Of a stretch of DNA of 20,000 nucleotides, positions 1-9,959 are shown piece after piece. The position numbers and the translations under genes are program-made. Positions within the stretch are counted from its first letter, which is position 1, and the number at the start of each line of letters is the position of its first letter. The notes below the pieces were generated by a model. That model did not search any database, had not been told where the DNA came from, and saw only the letters and a list, made by a program, of their open reading frames with translations. Source of the stretch: Folioceros fuciformis (Eukaryota); NCBI GenBank assembly GCA_049999805.1, contig JBNGIO010006249.1:314140-334139 (forward strand), given 5' to 3'.

Positions 1-70
1 CGGAATCCATCAGGCGCCTAGATGAGAAGCAAACTAAGCACAAGAACTCGAGTTGCCACCAAAAATTCAC

Positions 71-1091
71 CTTAAGGGCACCAAACACCCTGTTGCCAGT
101 TGTGGTTCTAGTCAGACCAACGTCAAGAAGAGCACGGAAGGGCCTCTTCTCCCCGCCAGCTTCAACGTTGTAGTCTTCACCAGCGGCCTGTAACATTGGC
201 GGCCAGTTATTAGAAACTTAATCCACTGGTACAAACAGCAAGAACAAGGACGAAGTTAGCCAAATTCATACCTTCTCATTGCCAACATACTCCTCATCCA
301 GCTCATACTTTTTCAGAAGTCTCCGGGCCAACAGCAGCCCGGTGCAGTACGCTGCACCACGAAAAAACAGAAGGATTGAGAATGGGTACCAACTAAACAT
401 CAACGTGTACTCTGTAATTCTCATAACCAGAATATAGCAGTGAGAGAGAGGGGAAAAGGGAAGGGAGCCATACCTGCAGCATAGTTGGTGAGGCCAACCT
501 TCAATCCGTACCTGGGAAGCTCATGCGAGTAGGCAGCAACCAGGACAATGTCACCAGCGAGGGTAGCATAGCTGATTTGCGCTACAATGTCTTTGTTGGT
601 CTGCGAAATTGGTTAAGAACATCCATGACCATAACACAAACCAAGCAGATCCCACACAACCTAAAACGTACCCTAAACCTAGACAACAGCGAGTCCATGC
701 AAGGAGTTAGATCACCACCTCTAAATTCTTAGGATACGAATCGAACAACGAAGCGGTATTTCGGAGTGTTGTATTTGTTCTTGTCCTGGGTCGTAAGACG
801 AATACGAGCCCGATAGTCTGTCTTACCGGCTGGAAAACAGTTCAAAAGTTCAGGGAACAGCGACGTGAGACACGGCTGCATCTACGCAAATCCCAACAAC
901 GTGCAACAAACTCGTGGACGCTGGAACGCTGGATAACCTCTGCGGCGCTTGTACTTCACTTGGAACCTCTTGAAGTAAGCCTTGCTTTTGTGAGCCTTCA
1001 CAAACGCCTGCGCAGACAGATGCAGGTCACAGGTTCAGCAGCGAGGAAATTCCAGCAGCGGCTTGGAAGGGTAAGGTAGACAACGCACCAT
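71..1091 (-). CDS. RPL5: 60S ribosomal protein L5 (uL18), 5' part; the gene continues beyond the left edge. Coding exons: 1089-1091 (ATG), 938-1007, 738-829, 474-600, 272-351, 71-187
   Basis: Hand-spliced translation: [163 protein letters not shown]. This is unmistakably eukaryotic RPL5. All junctions are GT..AG with consistent phases. Confidence 0.97.
601..737 (-). other. Probable U12-type (minor spliceosome) GT-AG intron, third intron of RPL5
   Basis: The 5' splice site reads GTATCCTA (U12 consensus RTATCCTT). A branch-site-like TTCTTAAC (619-612) lies about 12 nt before the CAG acceptor, with no long polypyrimidine tract. Confidence 0.8.
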
Positions 1092-1187
1092 TGCGAAGGC
1101 GGCCTGAGGCGAGCTTCACTGCTCGAACCACAAGCCCCGTCGAAGAGAACCCTTCAGAATTCTGCAGCCCTACTTAAACCAGACCAG

Positions 1188-1207
1188 AACCCTAAAGTGG
1201 TGGGGCC
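1188..1207. promoter_or_regulatory. RPL5 proximal promoter: telo-box-like AACCCTAAA (1188-1196) next to a site II/TCP-type motif GTGGGGCC (1200-1207)
   Basis: Both motifs lie about 100-115 bp upstream of the RPL5 ATG. Telo-box plus site II pairing is typical of plant ribosomal protein promoters. Confidence 0.55.
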
Positions 1208-2508
1208 CCAGTTTAACAGAAGATGAAGAATTTTATGGAAGTCCACGAAAACTCGTTTTGCTAATTGAATACGGAGGTATGGAAACAAAGGCCCTGTGCC
1301 CCTATCTACGGCAACGTGGGATTCGCTAGGTACCATAAACAGATAGACGCCTCAGAAGCCTCTAGGGCTTATCCTTCCTTAGTGGACTGAAATAGAATTA
1401 TGCTTCTTCTTTTATCATGTCCTCTGCGCTACTTTCATAGCATGCTTTGGTTCTTTTTTTGCACCAGTGAGTACAACTAACAAACAACTTATAGTTTACT
1501 TAGTTTAGAAACACTATCACAAAGATGATCACATATTGTATGGAATATTGGAAACTTTCATTAGACACATTTGGGCTTATGTTCCTAGTGTGTCAAACAC
1601 AAGTGTCTTCAAGCATTTTTCTTTCACATCAACAATACTTGACAAAGAGTCATGCACAATATTTTGTGCATAACATGTGTCCCCTATGTCGTAGATGAAT
1701 ATAAACTCACTATCCCAAGTTTACAAATGCAAGTTGCCTTTTGCAAAGGCTTGGTTCTGTCTAGTATGCAACCAAAAAACATATTTTTACACAAACATTA
1801 AGTCTGCCTACCTACACACAACACATAATTTCGAAAACGCTTGCACTTAGGACATGGCTACATTACCTCATATCACAATTGTAGTTTGCAAAGACAAGCA
1901 TAATGGGCTACCTTCCCCTCAACGTTACCTCTTCAGACAGGACATTATGCTAGATCATCGCCATGTGTAGTTGCCCGTACTTCTTGGTCTATAAGATACA
2001 ACAAAACCCTAAACCTAAGAAGGGACTACAAGATGCAACAAACCCCAAGATCCAATCCACAAAAGAAAAATTTTATAACAAACAACATGATAATATGAAA
2101 ACACCACAAGTTAAGAGGACAAGGGAATTTGGTTGGCCCTTTCCTCAAAAATTAGGCATTGCAAAATTAATGGATACTAAAAGCTATCCGGCCCACAAGT
2201 TTTCTACGGAAAAGCTTCCTTGTCCACAAATTGCAAAGCACCCAATTGTAGCAAATGGAAGGACAAAACCTCCACAATATCTTCTCTCCTTTTGGTAAAC
2301 TTGCTATTTCCAAAGGATCCCTGGTGTGAAATCCGATTTGAACAAGTTTTAGATGAGTCCTCAAGCTATGCATATAGTCTACTCCGTCATCCAAATTAGA
2401 GGCCCTTTCCCTCTTTGCTTGCAAGGTGCTGGCAATGGAATGAGCTTGGCCGTACTTTACAAATAAGAAGAAAAGCAAGCCTAGGATGGGAGCTTCACCA
2501 TTCTAGGA

Positions 2509-2665
2509 AGGTTGTTTCTAATGCTTTGTGACCTCGAAAGAATCTTGGTGGAGTTTAATTGAGTTGCTAGAGAGGTTGTTTCTCGAGCCTATTGGCCTTG
2601 AAAGGATGTTGGTAGAGTTGAACTAAGTTGTACAAAGTTGTTTCTAAAGCCTTTTGAACCAAATT
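2509..2665. repeat. Degenerate tandem repeat, period about 62-64 bp, about 2.4 copies, in an AT-rich intergenic tract
   Basis: Units start with a(g/a)gttgtttc at 2509, 2573 and 2635. Internal segments align: gacctcgaaagaatcttggtggagtttaattgagttgc versus ggccttgaaaggatgttggtagagttgaactaagttgt. Confidence 0.7.
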
Positions 2666-3399
2666 CTTCTTCTTTGGTAAGTATCAGGCTTACCAATCAA
2701 TCTCCTTGCACTTGCATTGAGACTTGTTCATGTGTAAGGTCGTGTTGATGTAAGCACTTACTAACCTCGCCTGTCCGGAAGTGTACTCAGCAAAACCCAT
2801 ATTAATCCTAGAAGGATGGATTTTTTCGCGGCGTCCCAAAACAATGAACTTCAGAAAGCAGGCTTATTGAGCTTCATTTAGGAAAGCTCATAAGGGTGCC
2901 GCGAAGTAGAAAACCAAGTACTGTAGGTCAAGTACAAAAATCCTAAGACGCCGAGGCATCTTGTACTGGAAGGATAGCATAAAACACGATACAGTATGTG
3001 AAGACAGACAGTGCTACATGTCGACCAACTTAAGCACCAGCATCTGGAGAGAAATCTTGCAGTGAGCTATCTGCAAAAATTGTTGGGAGAAGTGGCCAGC
3101 CACTACTATCTTGGTAGACTGTGAGTGAGCCCTACTCAGCACCAACACAGCAGTTACATGGCGTGTCACTGTTATCAGACATGCCACTGTCCAAGGTCAG
3201 ATGCTGCTATCACGGCCAAGTATTTGACTCAAGCAGCCTTCACATACTGTACTTAAACCTCTTGCAAACTATCCCCGTGCTAGAAGGCAGTCCTGCAGTA
3301 AGCCACACTAGGGTGTTGGGTCTGAGTACTCAAGGAGCAGATGATTCACAGGTCAAGGAACGGTATAATCGGCTCGACAACTTGTTCATCCCAACATGT

Positions 3400-6300
3400 T
3401 CAAGCAAGCAGCCCAGCGTCAACGTAAGTATCTTTCTCTGAAACCTCCTTCCCAACCTGCTCAAGCAGCAAGACCACATGCTGGATTGTGGGTCTTTTCT
3501 GCGGGATGTGACTCACACACATAGTGGCTACGTCTAAAACTTGGAGCATTTCGCTCTCGTAACCTTGATGTCGCAATAGGACATCAAAGGTCTCTTCTGC
3601 AGTTCCCTTATTCTTCATCTGCTGCACCCAAGACACCAGGTCAGCCACCCCTTTCTTGCGGGAGACCTCTACTGGCCGTCGGCGAGTCAGAAGCTCTAAT
3701 ACTACGACACCAAAACTGTACACATCGCCCCTCAGTGTGGCAATCCATGCTTGCCCATATTCTGGAGGGATATACCCAAGAGTGCCCACCAACTCAGTCG
3801 TCACGTGCGTATCAGCGTTGGCCAGGTGTCTTGCAAGCCCAAAATCTGCAAGATGGGCCTCAAACTTCTCATTGAGGAGAATGTTGCTGCTCTTTATGTC
3901 CCTGTGAACAATGTGAGGCTCACACATTTGATGGAGGTACGCGAGCCCTCTGGCAGTACCCAGTGCAATCCTTCGTCTCATGGGCCAGTCTAGCTTCGAT
4001 CCACCGTCACTCTTTTCATGCAGCCAGAAATCTAGACTCCCGTTCTCCATGTAGTTGTAGATGAGCAAACGGTCGCTCCCAAACCTACAGTAGCCTTGCA
4101 GAGCCACCAGATTCTTGTGCTGAATTCGACCCAGCGTTAGTAGCTCTGCTTGCACCTCCCGCTCAGCTTGCCCTGTGTCACCAGTCAATCTTTTGATGGC
4201 CACATGAGTTCCATCTGACAGGGTTGCCCGGAATACTAAACCAAAACCACCACACCCTATGATGTTGGATTGGTCGAAGTTGTTGGTAGCCTTAACCAAG
4301 TCAGCCGGAGACAGTTTAGACAACTGATCATTGAGATACAGGTCAACACTGAAACTAACCATCCCGTCATCTGTGTACTCAGTCTCATCATCAGTTGGTG
4401 ACTTGACACGGCGTCGAGATAGAATGCACATCGTCAGCAAAGCCAACACACCGGCCAGACCAACGCCAACTCCCATGGTCAGTCCCAAGATGGCTCTTTT
4501 GCTTAGCCTTCGGTCATCGTACACAGGCAAATATGAGCTGTGAGGACTGGAGGCTGTGTCAAACATAGTGCCACATTTCTGCGACAAAGACCCACCACAA
4601 AGAAGAGGGTTACCAAGAAAGGAGGTACTAGGGAAGGAATCAAACTGGGGACCTTCAGGAATGGGACCAGAGAGGTTGTTATTCGAGACATCGAACAAAG
4701 CAAGAAAGTTCAGCGCTGTCAACGAGGAAGGGATAGGGCCAGACAGGGAATTGTTGGCAAGGTTCAGGGAGTACATGTTACTCATGTTTGACAATGAGTC
4801 CGGAATAGGGCCAGTCAGATTATTGTGGCTCAGATCAAGGGCCATGACACTGCGTAACCAGCCCAGTGCATCGGGAATCTGACCATGAAACTGGTTGTAC
4901 CCAAGAAGCAGTGAAGGAGGAAAGGAACTCAACTTGGTGTATCTCTGAGGATAGGCACCACTGCTTGTGTTCTTTCTCACAAAGAGAACAAGCGTGGTAA
5001 CCTCAACCAGACCAGTAGTACTCACGCTCTCTCCTCTAAAACTTGGGGCAGTGGACAGATTATGTGGAATAGGACCTGTCAAAGTGTTGTTTGAAAGTTC
5101 CAAGTAGATCAAATGCTGCAGGTCGCTAATCCACGGTGGTATAGAGCCGTTGAAGTGATTCCACGACAGATCCAACAATTGCAACTTGCTGCAGTTACCA
5201 ATCCAGTCCGGAATTGGCCCCTTGAGACCACAAAACCCTACAGCCAGGAGCTGCAGGTTAGGAAATGGTGAAATTTTAGCAGGAATCTCACCCCCCAGCC
5301 AAGGATTCTTTGTCAAGAGCATGGACACCAAGGCCGTACATCCATCCAACTCTGGTGGTATGCCCCCTGTGAGATTGTTAAAAGACAGAGATAAGGTTGT
5401 TAGGTTCTTCAACAGTCCGAGCTGAGGAGGGATCATCCCAGTGAGACTGTTTGTGCCAAGCACAAGGGCCTCCAGGTGACTACACAGGCTAACATTTGAA
5501 GGGATGACACCAGATAGGGTGTTGAATGACAAGTCAATAATCGTGATGTTAGGAAGCTTCTCGAAGTCAAGAGATATATCCCCAGTTAAGTTATTGCGCC
5601 TGAGATTGAGGACAAGAAGATTGTTGCAATCTGAGAGCTGGAGGGGAATATGTCCGGTGAACTGGTTAGAACTAAGGTCGAGCCGCTCCAAAGATGTCAA
5701 GGACCCCAACTCAGGTGGAATAGAGCCAGATAAAGAGTTGCTGGCAAGCACCAGATTCGTCAGGTTGGCCAAGCTTGCCACTGAGGCACTCAGATTTCCC
5801 ACTAGATGATTAAATTCCATAGAAAGCACGGTAAGGCTCTCCAAGCGAAACATGGTGTCAGGAATTTCGCCGCTGAGGTTATTATAACCCAGATCCAGAA
5901 CCTGAAGACTGGAACATAGGGAGATGGCGGGAGATAAGTTCCCACCCAGATCGTTGGCCGAGACATTTAGTATCCGGAGGCTGCCCTTCATAGAGCAAAT
6001 ATCTGCGTTGAAGTCACCTTCCAACTGATTGGAGCTGAGGTCAATGACCGTAAGAGCAGAACAGTTTAACAGGAGGGGAAGCAGTCCCGTAATTTGGTTA
6101 TAGGATACATTCAGGTATTCCAGGCTCCCTAGATTCTCCAGAGCTTGCAGTGAAGACGACAACCTGTTTAGACTGAGATCAAGACTCTTCAAACCGGAGC
6201 TGGAGAAGTTCACGGGGACAGGGTCAGAAAGGCCGTTGCTACTCAAGTTCAGTTCCACAAGGCTAGAACTCTGCTCAAAAACAGCTGCACAGCAATTAAA

Positions 6301-6834
6301 GCTGTTGTTGCTGAGGTCAACTTTTTTCAAAGACAGGAGCAGGCCCAGGTCCTTAGGAAGAGACCCGTAGAGCAAATTTGACGACAGATCCAACCCCTCC
6401 AGTCCGGACAAGTTCCTCCACGCCAACTCGTCGATGGTACCATTGAGCCCCAATTGTGCCAAGTCGAGATACGCAACCCTGTACACATTCTTGTTCGCAG
6501 TACTGTCGGCCTGTGACACTCCTCCTCCAACCCCGCTCGCTCCCTTCCTGCACTTAACCCCCGGCCAGCTGCAACAGCTGCTGTCGTTCGACCATACGCC
6601 GAGCACATCGGCCCCGTTAGCCAAAACCTCCTTCAAACTCAGCAGAAAATTCTGATCCCCGATGTCGCAATACGACAGCATCGGGATGAGCGACGCCCCA
6701 GGGCTGGAATCCCCATCCGGAGCAGGCGCAGGCGCAGGAACAGGCCCGGGAGCGACGTGGTCGCAGAGGCAGCACGAGAGGAAGCAGCAGCAGGAGAAGA
6801 AGAGGAGGAAGAGCCACGTCCCTCTAACCATCAT
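3400..6834 (-). CDS. Phytosulfokine-receptor-like LRR receptor kinase (LRR-X; PSKR/PSY1R group), intronless, about 1144 aa
   Basis: First ATG is at 6834 (the ORF track starts at a TTG). Contains a signal peptide, an N-cap CCSWPGVKC, many plant LRRs (LxxLxLxxNxLxGxIP), a PSKR-type island (LFVRKNTSSGAYPQRYTKLSSFPPSLLL), a C-cap FLGNPLLCG and a TM helix. The kinase domain is RD-type: LVKATNNFDQSNIIGCGGFGLV, VAIK, HRDIKSSN, DFGLAR, THVTTELVGTLGYIPPEYGQAWIATLRGDVYSFG. Confidence 0.93.
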   Translation of the reverse strand: MMVRGTWLFLLFFSCCCFLSCCLCDHVAPGPVPAPAPAPDGDSSPGASLIPMLSYCDIGDQNFLLSLKEVLANGADVLGVWSNDSSCCSWPGVKCRKGASGVGGGVSQADSTANKNVYRVAYLDLAQLGLNGTIDELAWRNLSGLEGLDLSSNLLYGSLPKDLGLLLSLKKVDLSNNSFNCCAAVFEQSSSLVELNLSSNGLSDPVPVNFSSSGLKSLDLSLNRLSSSLQALENLGSLEYLNVSYNQITGLLPLLLNCSALTVIDLSSNQLEGDFNADICSMKGSLRILNVSANDLGGNLSPAISLCSSLQVLDLGYNNLSGEIPDTMFRLESLTVLSMEFNHLVGNLSASVASLANLTNLVLASNSLSGSIPPELGSLTSLERLDLSSNQFTGHIPLQLSDCNNLLVLNLRRNNLTGDISLDFEKLPNITIIDLSFNTLSGVIPSNVSLCSHLEALVLGTNSLTGMIPPQLGLLKNLTTLSLSFNNLTGGIPPELDGCTALVSMLLTKNPWLGGEIPAKISPFPNLQLLAVGFCGLKGPIPDWIGNCSKLQLLDLSWNHFNGSIPPWISDLQHLIYLELSNNTLTGPIPHNLSTAPSFRGESVSTTGLVEVTTLVLFVRKNTSSGAYPQRYTKLSSFPPSLLLGYNQFHGQIPDALGWLRSVMALDLSHNNLTGPIPDSLSNMSNMYSLNLANNSLSGPIPSSLTALNFLALFDVSNNNLSGPIPEGPQFDSFPSTSFLGNPLLCGGSLSQKCGTMFDTASSPHSSYLPVYDDRRLSKRAILGLTMGVGVGLAGVLALLTMCILSRRRVKSPTDDETEYTDDGMVSFSVDLYLNDQLSKLSPADLVKATNNFDQSNIIGCGGFGLVFRATLSDGTHVAIKRLTGDTGQAEREVQAELLTLGRIQHKNLVALQGYCRFGSDRLLIYNYMENGSLDFWLHEKSDGGSKLDWPMRRRIALGTARGLAYLHQMCEPHIVHRDIKSSNILLNEKFEAHLADFGLARHLANADTHVTTELVGTLGYIPPEYGQAWIATLRGDVYSFGVVVLELLTRRRPVEVSRKKGVADLVSWVQQMKNKGTAEETFDVLLRHQGYESEMLQVLDVATMCVSHIPQKRPTIQHVVLLLEQVGKEVSEKDTYVDAGLLA

Positions 6835-7139
6835 ACACAACCGAAGAAGCTGGGCAGTGAAAACCTAACATATCCGCCCCATAGCCACAGAGCCACACCT
6901 ACCGCGCCTCTCCTTCCTCGACGTCAAGCTCGGACGCTGCACTACCATCCCTCGCACATCCAACAGTGCACAATTCGGCAGCACCACCCGTGCATTGCCC
7001 CAGCAACACTCCACCCTCATCCCCACACAGCAGGCACCTCCCCATCTCGTCTCCTGCTCCTCCCCGCCACTCCATCTCCTTCCCGCAACACATCAAACCC
7101 CGAATCCGAATCTGCGCTCCCACAGCGCCCCCACGCAAA

Positions 7140-7539
7140 NNNNNNNNNNNNNNNNNNNNNNNNNNNNNNNNNNNNNNNNNNNNNNNNNNNNNNNNNNNNN
7201 NNNNNNNNNNNNNNNNNNNNNNNNNNNNNNNNNNNNNNNNNNNNNNNNNNNNNNNNNNNNNNNNNNNNNNNNNNNNNNNNNNNNNNNNNNNNNNNNNNNN
7301 NNNNNNNNNNNNNNNNNNNNNNNNNNNNNNNNNNNNNNNNNNNNNNNNNNNNNNNNNNNNNNNNNNNNNNNNNNNNNNNNNNNNNNNNNNNNNNNNNNNN
7401 NNNNNNNNNNNNNNNNNNNNNNNNNNNNNNNNNNNNNNNNNNNNNNNNNNNNNNNNNNNNNNNNNNNNNNNNNNNNNNNNNNNNNNNNNNNNNNNNNNNN
7501 NNNNNNNNNNNNNNNNNNNNNNNNNNNNNNNNNNNNNNN
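7140..7539. other. Assembly gap (400 N) upstream of the receptor kinase
   Basis: Run of N in the sequence. Confidence 0.99.
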
Positions 7540-7641
7540 GCACAGGACTGTACCGCACTGTGGCCCGCCCTGCATGCTGCTACCACATCCGGCGTCAACG
7601 CTACGAAGCTTCCGCGCACGCGACTAGACCCCACATCCCGG

Positions 7642-7686
7642 GACCGGTCGCAGAGGGCGACCGGTCACCCACTCCCCGGACCGGTC
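7642..7686. repeat. Three copies of the palindrome GACCGGTC; the first two lie in a perfect 10-bp inverted repeat
   Basis: GACCGGTC at 7642, 7659 and 7679. GACCGGTCGC-agagg-GCGACCGGTC spans 7642-7666. Confidence 0.75.
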
Positions 7687-8400
7687 GGCCGGGCCTGCAA
7701 GCGCGCATGTAGGCAAGTTGCAAACTACATTACAAGGCGACGACTTCGGGGTGGCAGGGCAGCAGGGGGTCTCCAGAGGGCAACAGTGGGCAGAGCGGCC
7801 CGTCCCCTCCTTCCTCGAAGCTGCCGGTGCCGTTGCCGCCGTGCTGGGTCCACATCGTCGATATGTGCAGCCGCATCATGTCGCTCATGCTTTTGTCATC
7901 TTTCTCTTCTCATCTCCTTCCCTTCCTTTCCCTTCTCTTCAGAGCCTCCAAGGCGTTTCGGATGAGCCACGCATTCCCCATGCTTCCCCTCCCTGCCCTG
8001 CCCTGCCGTGCAATGCCCAACATACGTCCATGCACGGGATGGATGCACACATTATTGGCTGCCCTTCCGTTATTCTATTATATTCTGCTTATCGTAAAAT
8101 ATACATGCATAAAAATCTGGATAAAATAAATATTCTTCGCCTCGCAGGATATGGCAGCCTTGGTACCTTGACACCTAGCACACAACTGGGTTGCTTGAGT
8201 GATGGATGGACGGGTGTTGGAGCATCCGGGAACCCGAAGGACAAAAGGGACTGGTTGAGGCTTCCTCCTTTCCGGACAAAAGATTGTATAGAAGAGAGTT
8301 CAGCAGGTTATGGTTAGATGAACGAGGAACAAAGGAGAATTCAAAGAGAGGAGAATACTCCGCTTGCCTGGAGTTTCCAGGCAGTGGGTGTGAAGCTGCT

Positions 8401-8424
8401 GGCTGGCTGGCTGGCTGGCTGGCT
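8401..8424. repeat. (GGCT)6 microsatellite
   Basis: Read directly from the sequence. Confidence 0.9.
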
Positions 8425-9107
8425 TTGACACCTGCTTGTGGGAGAGCTGGCCGCGTTCCTTCGTCCCCTCTTTTTGTCGGGAGAGGGAGGGGTGGAATGC
8501 AATAGGAGGCTCTTTTTCTGTTATGGTCTTCCTGGGCTGTGGCGGATTTGTATATCCGGCCAGCATCTCGAATGCTTCGATGCCGGCCACGAATGGAAGA
8601 AAAAGGGGGAGTTGGTTGGAATTCGTGAGGTTAGTGATGTCAATATTTTGTCATGCATGAGCGCTAGGGTTCGACCGCACAGTCCACCATGAATGGGATG
8701 GACATGGTCAATGGCGGGAGCGGGAATGCTGCATCAGTTTGCTGCTGACCAAAGCATCTGCAGAACCTGGAGCCCGGAAGCTGCAACATACAGGAGTTCG
8801 CTGCTGAGTGCTGACCAAAGGCAGCTGCATACAGTACGTAACCTGGAGCGTGGAAGCGGAAGCTGTGGCCACGAAGGTCCTGCAGGAGTACAGACCTGGT
8901 CTACTACAGGTTGCGCATACTACGTGTTTGGGAGTTCAATACTAAGAGGATGCACGAGGAGCGCGGTCTGGTGGCTGGTTTCAATACAATTGTGAGACCT
9001 CGGAGTGAGTGGGGTCGTTTGTGAGAGGGAGAGAGCAAAGGAAAGCACGAGGCACTAAGTAAAGCCCACTACAACATTGTCTCCCTCGTGGAGGAGATAA
9101 GAGCCCC

Positions 9108-9284
9108 CCATTAGAACAGAAGGTGAAGGCCATTAGAACAGAAGGTGAAGGCCATTAAAACAGAAGATGAAGGCCATTAAAACAGAAGATGAAGGCCATT
9201 AGAACAGAAGATGAAGGCCATTAGAACNNNNNNNNNNTAGAACAGAAGATGAAGGCCATTAGAACAGAAGATGAAGGCCATTAG
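9108..9284. repeat. 22-bp minisatellite (CCATTAGAACAGAAGRTGAAGG), at least 7 copies, interrupted by a 10-N gap (9228-9237)
   Basis: Unit starts at 9108, 9130, 9152, 9174, 9196 and 9218, then 9256 and 9278 after the gap. Copies abut directly with no spacers. Confidence 0.95.
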
Positions 9285-9959
9285 GATCAGAGTTCGCCAG
9301 AAGAGACGTGGAGATCACGAGCAGAGCGTGTGAGTGATGAACCACCACCAGCTTGTAGTATGTGTGAGGGCTGAACTGCCACCATGTGTGTGATGAGCTA
9401 CCACGTTGCAAGACTCACCGTTGCAAGCATGTGTGCGAAATACAGTATGTACAGATGTACTTCCTTGTGGCGGTGCATCGCCTTCAAGCCTGCCTACTAG
9501 AGCATATGTGGAACCCGAACCCACGGGCATGGTTGTATGGATCACTTCCTAAGTTCCTCCTGGCTATGGTGGCTCTCTTGCTGAACATGTGCAGATTCCC
9601 TTCAGCACGTGGATACGAATCACTTCCTGGTGCCTGACGAGCTGTTAGTAAAGCACATGCTGAGGCAACCAACATGTGCTTGGTAGTGCACTTTGGCGTT
9701 AAGATGTGCGCGTCACTCCAACTGTCGTGGAAGAGAAGACTCTGAAGCTCATAAATAAGAGTGATGTTCCGCTTGTCCTAACTGTGGAGACACTCATGTC
9801 CATAAATAAGGAGGAAAAGGTTCTGCTGCTTGCAAGATGGGCGTGCCTTCCCTACTGTCGGAGGTCCGATGTGCTTCCTTCCTCTTGCTTTGTAATACCA
9901 ATGTGCCTCCCTTACCATAGCAGCAGGATGGACGTGGCTATGATGGGACTCCACTCACG

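Noticed and set aside
1-1088. Intronic snoRNA in RPL5, as in vertebrates
   Set aside because: The introns are only about 80-140 nt and I could not identify a convincing C/D or H/ACA box arrangement with terminal stems.
1963-2478. ORFs 1963-2298 (+) and 2167-2478 (-)
   Set aside because: No recognisable motifs or splice structure; probably chance ORFs in decayed sequence.
2824-2831. E2F-like site TTTCGCGG
   Set aside because: A single short match far from any start codon (about 1.7 kb from RPL5), expected by chance.
5419-5439. Partial complementarity of the receptor mRNA to miR390
   Set aside because: About five mismatches plus a wobble against the miR390 sequence as I recall it, including one in the seed. 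The similarity is explained by the generic LRR IPPQL codons.
6757-7965. Long ORFs spanning 6757-7965 on both strands
   Set aside because: They are open only because they run through the 400-N gap.
8737-8863. Two imperfect direct repeats (gctgaccaaag...aacctggagc...ggaagc)
   Set aside because: A short, degenerate local duplication with no terminal repeats, target-site duplication or coding signal.
9108-9284. CRISPR-like appearance of the 22-bp repeat
   Set aside because: The units abut without unique spacers, the context is eukaryotic and no cas genes are present.
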